Shown here: piece by piece, positions 29,257 through 36,289 of the stretch
Layout of the letters: each line of letters begins with the position of its first letter
Position numbering within the stretch: the stretch's first letter is position 1
Source of the DNA: a virus
Direction: 5' to 3' (one strand)
Length of the DNA: 64,000 nt
IMG/VR virus record: IMGVR_UViG_3300035698_009139
Notes under the pieces: generated by a model
Seen by the model: only the letters and a program-made list of their open reading frames with translations
What the model was told of the DNA's origin: nothing
Databases searched by the model: none
Position numbers and translations under genes: made by a program

Positions 29257-30017
29257 TTAGTCGAGATGCAAAACGGGTATTGGCTGGTAAGATTTGGCAT
29301 GCTATGTATCCCAACAAGAACTTTTTTGACAACGAGAGTGGCATGTGGTCCGCTGGTGACAAAGAGCGAAGGATGTTTGCGTTGATCGATGAAATTGAAC
29401 CAGTGATGCGAGATCTATTCGGCCCATCGGCGGCCGAGAAAGCCTCAGATTTTCCTACTAATTCAATTGGGTCGATACCAAACATGGCTCCTACCCCACC
29501 ACCTATGGTAATCCTGGGCCCTATAGATACATCTAATGTGCAGCGTCACGACAATATAACAACAGCGGCCGTTCCACCAACAAACAACATGAAAGCTGTT
29601 TGGGTGACGTTTCAGAAAGAAGGCATGCACTGCTATCCGGATGCTGAGTATCTACCAGGCGTCGAGTTCCTATCATATCCACACCGCCACATCTTCAAGT
29701 TTAAGGTATGGATCCAGGTGTTCGATGACGATCGGGACATTGAGTTCATCCTATTTAAGCGAGAACTGGAAGCGCTGTATACTGGCTCTGTGCTCGAGTT
29801 AGATCACAAGTCTTGTGAGATGATTTCTGATGATCTTGCGGGGTATATTAAAGATAAATACGTGGGTCGCCACTTGCAGATTGAAGTCAGCGAGGATGGC
29901 GAGAACGGTAGTACATGCACATATGGAGTGACAAATGCAGAATTACAAGAGTTTCATCGCCGAGGAAGACAAAAAGCACATGACCCGATGGATCCAAAAA
30001 CAGGTTCATCAGACTGA
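29253..30017 (+). CDS. T-fold QueD-like protein (DpdL-like putative CDG decarboxylase) with an N-terminal extension
   Basis: C-terminal domain from M29589: EGMHCYP, LSYPHRHIF, DRDIEFI, SCEMI, VSEDGENG; sits in the que cluster. Confidence 0.6.
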   Translation: MISRDAKRVLAGKIWHAMYPNKNFFDNESGMWSAGDKERRMFALIDEIEPVMRDLFGPSAAEKASDFPTNSIGSIPNMAPTPPPMVILGPIDTSNVQRHDNITTAAVPPTNNMKAVWVTFQKEGMHCYPDAEYLPGVEFLSYPHRHIFKFKVWIQVFDDDRDIEFILFKRELEALYTGSVLELDHKSCEMISDDLAGYIKDKYVGRHLQIEVSEDGENGSTCTYGVTNAELQEFHRRGRQKAHDPMDPKTGSSD

Positions 30018-30114
30018 GCGTCCCCACGACGAAATCCGTACCGAATTTAAAAAGAAGTACGGCGATAAGCACCTGACACATTTTGACAGTACGGTGCAAC
30101 ACGAAGTCGGCTAA
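29935..30114 (+). CDS. 59-aa putative head internal protein with a T4-like capsid-targeting sequence
   Basis: Not in the ORF track (<60 aa). SD GGAG 6 nt before ATG; translates MQNYKSFIAEEDKKHMTRWIQKQVHQTERPHDEIRTEFKKKYGDKHLTHFDSTVQHEVG. Confidence 0.6.
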   Translation: MQNYKSFIAEEDKKHMTRWIQKQVHQTERPHDEIRTEFKKKYGDKHLTHFDSTVQHEVG

Positions 30115-30135
30115 CATTTGAAAGGCCTTTTTATT

Positions 30136-31005
30136 ATGATTAATTTTTGCCACATTTCACCACCGAAGTTTCAAATCGATTGCGAATGGATTATGCCCAA
30201 CCAGTTGATGCTAGCCCACTTGCTGGAAGATGAGCACGGTGATTACGCCACATTGCATAATGGTATATCGGCACGGAATGCTGGTCTACGCATCATGGAC
30301 AACAGCGCGTTTGAGATGTTCATGGAGGACCGGCCGATGTTCAGTGAGAGCAAGTTGCTTGAACTCGGCCGCCGCTGCAAAGCAGAATACCTCGTGATGA
30401 CGGATTACCCACTAGAGCCGTCGATCAAGACAATAAATGTAGCATGCAATCAGGGCCCCCAATTCCACGAGGCCGGGTTCAAAACATTCTTCGTACCCCA
30501 ATCAGAGCTCGGAGATCTTGAGGATTTTATTACAGCGTTTGCATTCGGCTGTGTGTCTCCCCACGTTGATATGATTGGTGTCAGTATTCTTGCAGCTCCC
30601 CACGCATTAGGGATTGATGCCAAGAACAAGGGGCCCAACAGATACTTATCCAGAACGGTGTTAATGCAAAAACTCAGAAGTAGAGGACTGCTGGATCTTG
30701 CTGCCAACAATGGCAAAAAGATCCATATGCTCGGGATGACGGATGGCCCAAGAGAAATTCAATTGATGCACAATGCTCGTCTCACTGGTGGTATATACAG
30801 TTGGGATTCTAGCGCGGCGGTTTGGGCAGGGATGAATGGGATTGTATTCGATGATTCCCCGACCGGGCTAATCAATGGTAAATTTGAAACACCAGTTGAT
30901 TTTGGGTATAGCGATGAAATATCTGAGGCCGCCCGCAACATGGCTATGCACAATTGCAGAGTGATGCGTCGATATTGTGAAGGAAAGTTTAACGATGGCG
31001 AATGA
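30136..31005 (+). CDS. TGT-like TIM barrel, putative DNA 7-deazaguanine transglycosylase (DpdA family)
   Basis: IMDNSAFE, IHMLGM, SWDSSAA parallel the TGT DSGG / HxxG / DS motifs; adjacent to queD/queE/folE2. Confidence 0.55.
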   Translation: MINFCHISPPKFQIDCEWIMPNQLMLAHLLEDEHGDYATLHNGISARNAGLRIMDNSAFEMFMEDRPMFSESKLLELGRRCKAEYLVMTDYPLEPSIKTINVACNQGPQFHEAGFKTFFVPQSELGDLEDFITAFAFGCVSPHVDMIGVSILAAPHALGIDAKNKGPNRYLSRTVLMQKLRSRGLLDLAANNGKKIHMLGMTDGPREIQLMHNARLTGGIYSWDSSAAVWAGMNGIVFDDSPTGLINGKFETPVDFGYSDEISEAARNMAMHNCRVMRRYCEGKFNDGE

Positions 31006-31279
31006 GAAACCAGCATTTCGGTTCGAAGAAGATACCAACATACAAGAGGTGTTGGATTATATAGGATCGACGTACGACCAGCATTATGTTGGCGGGAATG
31101 ACCTACAGACAGTTGATGTTTGGGAGATGATGAATATCGCCCAGGAGATGTGCCAGGGTACTGCAGTCAAGTATCTGGCTCGGTTTGGTAAGAAGGAAGG
31201 CCTGAACCGCAAAGACTTGTTGAAGTGCGCCCACTACGTAATCCTTCTGATGCATTTTGCAGGCAAGGAGGATAGCTGA
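30995..31279 (+). CDS. DUF3310-like small phage protein
   Basis: TYDQHYV, AVKYLARFGKKEG..KDLLKCAHY. Confidence 0.7.
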   Translation: MANEKPAFRFEEDTNIQEVLDYIGSTYDQHYVGGNDLQTVDVWEMMNIAQEMCQGTAVKYLARFGKKEGLNRKDLLKCAHYVILLMHFAGKEDS

Positions 31280-31797
31280 TGTTTGTTCATCCAAAAAGTA
31301 AATCTAACACCAGAATATCAGCACCACACGTATGGCCAATAGAAGACAATCAAATTCAGCCAAATGCAGTAGATCTGCGCGTGGATAAGATATACCAACA
31401 GAGGGGCTTTTTTGCACTGACTAAAGCCCACACCGAGCACAGAGATAAAAAAGAATTGAATCCTGATTGGGATAGCTCCAATGATATCAGCTTATTCAAA
31501 TTGGTACCTGGCGCGTACGAGGTCACGTTCTTGGAAACGGTCAAAATGGCCGATGATGAGCTTGGATGGGTAACCCAGCGGTCGTCTCTGTTACGGAATG
31601 GGCTAACACTTACTAGCGGGTTGTACGATGCTGGGTATGAGGGACAGGTGGGTGGCTTGTTAGTGGTTAGAGGTTTTGAAGCCTACATCGAACGCCATAC
31701 TCGATTAGCCCAATTCTTAGTTGCCAAAGCAGACACGTACAAAAAGTATGAGGGGCAATATGGCGCTGGTTCAAAGCATGACGAAATTTATCAGTAA
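31279..31797 (+). CDS. dUTPase / dCTP deaminase family protein
   Basis: QPNAVDLR, RSSLLRNG, SGLYDAGYEG, RLAQF, YEGQYG. Confidence 0.85.
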   Translation: MFVHPKSKSNTRISAPHVWPIEDNQIQPNAVDLRVDKIYQQRGFFALTKAHTEHRDKKELNPDWDSSNDISLFKLVPGAYEVTFLETVKMADDELGWVTQRSSLLRNGLTLTSGLYDAGYEGQVGGLLVVRGFEAYIERHTRLAQFLVAKADTYKKYEGQYGAGSKHDEIYQ

Positions 31798-32038
31798 CGT
31801 ATTCTACTCGGCACTAGAAATAGGATTTTTAGTGGCTATGGTTGGCGTAATATGTTTTATATCTGTTCTTGATTTATATATGACGCAAAGAGATATATAC
31901 ATCGACGTTAAGCATCGACGGAGTAAAGACCGCGGCAAGACTTGGTGGCAAAAGATTTCAGAGAGATTCGGCCACGCCAAAAAGACAATGATTGAACGAA
32001 TACAAAAAATATGGAGAGAAAATGAACGTCGAGATTAA
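31778..32038 (+). CDS. Small membrane protein
   Basis: One hydrophobic segment (IGFLVAMVGVICFISVL) followed by a basic tail. Confidence 0.5.
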   Translation: MTKFISNVFYSALEIGFLVAMVGVICFISVLDLYMTQRDIYIDVKHRRSKDRGKTWWQKISERFGHAKKTMIERIQKIWRENERRD

Positions 32039-32873
32039 TCTAAAAGATCTACAGAAGTGCAAGATTTTCGTAGCTACGCCAATGTACGGCGGTCAGTGTG
32101 GGGGTCAGTATACCAAGTCGTCAACTGATCTTGCAATGATGGCGGTCAAGTACGGCATCGACCTCCGGTTCTTCTATCTGTTTAACGAGAGCTTGATCAC
32201 TCGAGCTCGTAATTATCTGGCTGATGAATTCCTTCGCAGCGACTGCACTCATTTGATGTTCATTGATAGTGATATTGGATTTGATCCTCAGGATGTGCTG
32301 GCTATTGCAGCCATCGCAGAAGAGGGTTCTGACAAGCACATTGTATGCGGCCCATACCCTAAGAAAACAATCGCTTGGGAAAAGATCAAGATGGCCGTCG
32401 ACAAGGGGTATGCGGACGAGAACCCCCAGAACCTGGAACGGTTTGTCGGCGACTATGTATTCAACCCAGTCGCCGGGGTATCAGAGATTCGCGTCGATGA
32501 GCCAGTTGAAGTACTGGAAGGTGGAACAGGATTTATGATGATTCAGCGTTCTGTTTTCGAGGCTTTTGATGTAAAGTATCCTGAGTTGAGTTACAAACCT
32601 GATCATGTACGAACGGCCAACTTTGATGGATCGCGAGAGATCATGGCCTACTTCGATACGGTGATTGATCCAGCATCCAAGAGATATCTCAGCGAAGACT
32701 ACATGTTCTGCCAGTGGGCGATTGCTGCAGGCTTGAAAGTATGGTTGTGCCCTTGGATGCGTCTTACACATATGGGTTCATATATGTTTGGCGGTAGTCT
32801 GGTTGATTTGGCTCAGATAGGTGCTTCGGCCACAGCTGATATGAAGCAAGTAGATAAGATGAAAAAGAAATAG
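32022..32873 (+). CDS. GT-A fold glycosyltransferase-like protein
   Basis: IFVATPMYGG, ESLITRARN, HLMFIDSDI (DxD), GTGFMMI, YLSEDYMFC. Confidence 0.7.
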   Translation: MNVEINLKDLQKCKIFVATPMYGGQCGGQYTKSSTDLAMMAVKYGIDLRFFYLFNESLITRARNYLADEFLRSDCTHLMFIDSDIGFDPQDVLAIAAIAEEGSDKHIVCGPYPKKTIAWEKIKMAVDKGYADENPQNLERFVGDYVFNPVAGVSEIRVDEPVEVLEGGTGFMMIQRSVFEAFDVKYPELSYKPDHVRTANFDGSREIMAYFDTVIDPASKRYLSEDYMFCQWAIAAGLKVWLCPWMRLTHMGSYMFGGSLVDLAQIGASATADMKQVDKMKKK

Positions 32874-32880
32874 GTGAAAC

Positions 32881-33534
32881 TTGAAATTTTGTGATGACAC
32901 GATTGCGATTCTGAAAAACATAGTAACGATTACTCCCAGCATCTGGTTCGATGAAGGGAATATCGTTACCGTCGGTAACGCAACTGAGACCATTTTAGTG
33001 TCGGCAAATATTGCCGAGAGTTTCGATCAGAGTTTTGGTATTGGGGAGCTGACTATGTTCCTCAATACCCTACTACTATTCGATGAAGCTGATATAGAGC
33101 TCAAAGACAACCACGCAATCATATCAGAAGGCGGCAAGAAGTTGAAGTACTTCTATGCGTCTAAATCCCAACTGAATCTCCCAAGAATCAAAACACTAGA
33201 TATCGACGATTCTGCTATGAAGTTCAGCTTATCTGCTGATATGCTTGCTTCGATCAATAGAGCCGCGGGCACTCTACAATTACCCAATGTTACCTTCATT
33301 GGCGACGGTACAGAGGTTAAGGCCAAAATCACCAACGTTAATGATCAAACGTCTAACACGTTTGATCTGGTGGTGGGGGCTGGAGGCTCGCCGTGCGAGA
33401 TTGTGTTCACGATCGACAACTTCAAAATGATCAACACGGACTATGATGTGAATGTGTCTAGTTCCGGTTTCGCTGAATTCAAATCAACAGATAATACAAT
33501 CACGTATTGGCTGGCTGCTGAGGAAATTAAATAA
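32881..33534 (+). CDS. gp45: Sliding clamp gp45
   Basis: TIAILKN, FGIGEL..FL, NFKMINTDYDV, YWLAAE; precedes gp44. Confidence 0.88.
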   Translation: MKFCDDTIAILKNIVTITPSIWFDEGNIVTVGNATETILVSANIAESFDQSFGIGELTMFLNTLLLFDEADIELKDNHAIISEGGKKLKYFYASKSQLNLPRIKTLDIDDSAMKFSLSADMLASINRAAGTLQLPNVTFIGDGTEVKAKITNVNDQTSNTFDLVVGAGGSPCEIVFTIDNFKMINTDYDVNVSSSGFAEFKSTDNTITYWLAAEEIK

Positions 33535-34484
33535 TGACTGAGAAAGTGTTGTGGGTCGAGAAGTATCGACCGGCCACGATCGATGAGTGTGTGCTTCCTG
33601 CGAACATCAAGAAGATGTTCAATCAGTTTGTCACAAAAGGCGAATCTCCCAACCTTCTGCTGAGTGGCGGCCCGGGCGTAGGTAAGACGACGATTGCGAA
33701 AGCTATGTTGGAGCAGATGGGATGCACTTATATGGTTATCAATGCTTCAATGTATGGTAACATCGATGTGCTGCGTACGGATATCAAACGATTCGCCACG
33801 ACGATGTCATTGACTGGCGGCCGCAAGTATGTGATTCTAGATGAGGCAGACTATCTCAACCCTCAATCAACGCAGCCAGCACTTCGAAACTTCATCGAAG
33901 AGTTCTCGGATAACTGTGGCTTCATTCTGACGTGCAACTATCCGGCGAAGATTCTGAAAGAGCTGCGATCACGTTGCACTGAGGTGGAGTTCAAAGTAGG
34001 CGGCCCAGATAAGATGAAGCTGGCCAAGGAGTTCTTTGAAACCGTCAAAAACATCCTAGCTGCAGAACACGTCGAATATGATCCCAAGGTAGTATCCGCG
34101 CTAATCGTGCGTTACTTCCCTGATTTCCGACGTGTTCTCAATGAGTTACAAGGCTACTCTGCGGTAGGATTGATAGATACCGGTATCCTTACACAAGTCG
34201 ACGATATTGCATTCGAGCAGCTAATTACCCATCTACACAAGCGCGACTTTGACGGGATGCGCAAATGGGTTGCCGGAAATGCAGCTGGTGATAGTACGGA
34301 GCTATTTCGCCGACTATTTGATACAGCAGTCAAATACGTCGAGCCGACAGCTATTCCTCAGTTGGTGGTTACGATCGGCGAGTATCAGTATAAGGCTGCA
34401 TTCGTAGCAGATTTGGAGATCAATACAGTGGCCTGTATGACTGAATTGATGAGCGATGTGGCCTTCAAGAAGGTGGGAGCATGA
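33534..34484 (+). CDS. gp44: Clamp loader large subunit gp44
   Basis: LWVEKYRP, GGPGVGKTT, ILDEADYL, FILTCN, LRSRC, FPDFRR. Confidence 0.96.
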   Translation: MTEKVLWVEKYRPATIDECVLPANIKKMFNQFVTKGESPNLLLSGGPGVGKTTIAKAMLEQMGCTYMVINASMYGNIDVLRTDIKRFATTMSLTGGRKYVILDEADYLNPQSTQPALRNFIEEFSDNCGFILTCNYPAKILKELRSRCTEVEFKVGGPDKMKLAKEFFETVKNILAAEHVEYDPKVVSALIVRYFPDFRRVLNELQGYSAVGLIDTGILTQVDDIAFEQLITHLHKRDFDGMRKWVAGNAAGDSTELFRRLFDTAVKYVEPTAIPQLVVTIGEYQYKAAFVADLEINTVACMTELMSDVAFKKVGA

Positions 34485-34741
34485 GCGATAGAGGGGAAGA
34501 CGTAGATATGCTTCAGTGTGAATTTGACAATGCCAACCGTATCATTGACCAAATGGAGAATGAAATTCTTCGGCTGGAGGAAGAGGTCAATCTGCTGTGG
34601 CAGATCAAGCACGCTGCGGCCGACTTATATTTCGCAGGAACATGGCATCGATCGGCCGGACAACCCGGTCCTACAGATAAAGAATATTGGCAGAAACTAA
34701 AAGACTTAACAGGATGGAGTGTGACTAATGGCCGAACATAA
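34481..34741 (+). CDS. Hypothetical protein (coiled-coil N-terminus)
   Basis: ATGA overlap with gp44, SD GGGAG. Confidence 0.6.
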   Translation: MSDRGEDVDMLQCEFDNANRIIDQMENEILRLEEEVNLLWQIKHAAADLYFAGTWHRSAGQPGPTDKEYWQKLKDLTGWSVTNGRT

Positions 34742-34916
34742 ATTTGAAGTAATCCTTCACTTAGAGGATGCAGCCACTAAAGAAGGTAAAGTGATCCAGA
34801 TCAATGCAGACAGGATTTTTGAAACCGCTGGCGATATAGTCTTTTACGCAAACAACAGACAGATTGCTAATGTGTCATGTGGTAGCTGGGTTATGTGGAG
34901 ATTGGTGGATGTCTGA
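34728..34916 (+). CDS. Hypothetical protein
   Basis: 62-aa ORF with SD GGAG. Confidence 0.55.
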   Translation: MAEHKFEVILHLEDAATKEGKVIQINADRIFETAGDIVFYANNRQIANVSCGSWVMWRLVDV

Positions 34917-34918
34917 TC

Positions 34919-35314
34919 GTGATTAAGCCCTTTGACTTCGTCTCACAGATCAATGGTGCCAAGAAAAACCTGATAGTAGAATCAGATGATCCTGCACAGG
35001 CCGAAAAGGACTATGTCCCGTATCTAACCAACAGAGCATTATCATACTTCGCAGACGCAATATTCCAGGCGAATAACATGAATATGTATCCGGATTTAGA
35101 TAACCGCTTGCAGTTTGATTTTTTGCTAAATAGTGTAAGACGTCGTAAGCGATTTGCAAAATGGGTTAAGCCAGAGCCAATTGAAGATATAGAAGTAGTC
35201 CAACAATACTACCAATATAGCACTAAACAGGCCCGCCAAGTAATGCACTTGTTTACAGACGAACATATGTCGTCAATGAAACAAGAATTACAAACTGGTG
35301 GAGTGAATGGTTGA
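34919..35314 (+). CDS. gp62: Clamp loader small subunit gp62
   Basis: PFDFV, YVPYLTNRALS, QFDFLLNSVRRRKRFAKW, YYQYS..QA; start GTG 34919 inferred. Confidence 0.9.
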   Translation: MIKPFDFVSQINGAKKNLIVESDDPAQAEKDYVPYLTNRALSYFADAIFQANNMNMYPDLDNRLQFDFLLNSVRRRKRFAKWVKPEPIEDIEVVQQYYQYSTKQARQVMHLFTDEHMSSMKQELQTGGVNG

Positions 35315-35714
35315 GCAAAGTGAAGTAATTGCAGATATGGTTTGGGTGACCATTAGTCATCCAGATGATTTTCTGAAAATTAAAGAGACGTTAACACGTA
35401 TTGGTATCGCCAGCAAACAAGATAAGACTCTGTATCAGTCCTGCCATATTCTACACAAGCAGGGCCGTTATGCGATTGTGCATTTCAAAGAGCTATTTGC
35501 ATTAGACGGAAAGCCAACAAATTTCAGCGACATGGATGCCGCCCGGAGAAACACAATTGCTAATCTGTTAGCAGAGTGGGGCCTAGTTGAATTGGAAGAG
35601 CCAGATAAATCTGCCGACCCAGTGGCCCCCATGTCACAAATCAAAATTCTTCCATTTGGGGAGAAGGTGCACTGGACGCTGGTGCCCAAATACAATATCG
35701 GAGTAAAATCATAA
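35307..35714 (+). CDS. regA: Translational repressor RegA
   Basis: DDFLKIKETLTRIGIAS, LYQSCHILHKQGRYAIVHFKELFALDG. Confidence 0.97.
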   Translation: MVEQSEVIADMVWVTISHPDDFLKIKETLTRIGIASKQDKTLYQSCHILHKQGRYAIVHFKELFALDGKPTNFSDMDAARRNTIANLLAEWGLVELEEPDKSADPVAPMSQIKILPFGEKVHWTLVPKYNIGVKS

Positions 35715-35911
35715 TGTCTACAAACGACATCCCAACGCCAAATTATATGTATATGTACGGGCAGAATATGTTCCCAGAAGAATCAGCCAAAGGCTGGATC
35801 TGCCCCAAGTGTAATAAATCACTAGCACCATCTGTCACAGAATGTCCATGCAATAAGGCAGAGATGTACAACGGACAAAACCCAACGACCGTCACCCTCT
35901 TAACCGAATAG
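35714..35911 (+). CDS. Small Cys-rich (Zn ribbon) protein
   Basis: GWICPKC...APSVTECPC. Confidence 0.6.
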   Translation: MSTNDIPTPNYMYMYGQNMFPEESAKGWICPKCNKSLAPSVTECPCNKAEMYNGQNPTTVTLLTE

Positions 35912-35919
35912 GATATACT

Positions 35920-36234
35920 ATGAGCAACGAGATTATGATTAAAATGATTAACGGCGAAGAACTGATCGCCCAGCGAAAAACGGAAACCGATAGCACGATC
36001 GTCGTATCGCTGCCGGTATCAGTACAGCCTCAAATGGACCCAAATGGCCAAGTAGGTATTGCAATGGCGCCTTGGGTGCCGTTTGCAAAAGACGACAAGA
36101 ATGTTGAGATCAACAAAGATCTTGTGCTGACGGTATATACGCCAGTGGAAGAAATGATCAATCAATACAACACACGCTTCGGCAGCGGGCTAGTTCTGGC
36201 CGCGAACATGCCGAAAGAACTGCTAACTGAGTAG
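35920..36234 (+). CDS. Conserved T4-like hypothetical protein (Sm-like fold suspected)
   Basis: IKMINGEELIA, APWVPF, YNTRFGSGLV; typical position before gp43. Confidence 0.65.
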   Translation: MSNEIMIKMINGEELIAQRKTETDSTIVVSLPVSVQPQMDPNGQVGIAMAPWVPFAKDDKNVEINKDLVLTVYTPVEEMINQYNTRFGSGLVLAANMPKELLTE

Positions 36235-36263
36235 TTGAACTCATCTACAAACCGTAGTATAAT
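36235..36263 (+). promoter_or_regulatory. Sigma70-type promoter (gp43)
   Basis: TTGAAC-17 nt-TATAAT. Confidence 0.75.
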
Positions 36264-36289
36264 ACCCAACTAACTAAGATAAGGGTAAT

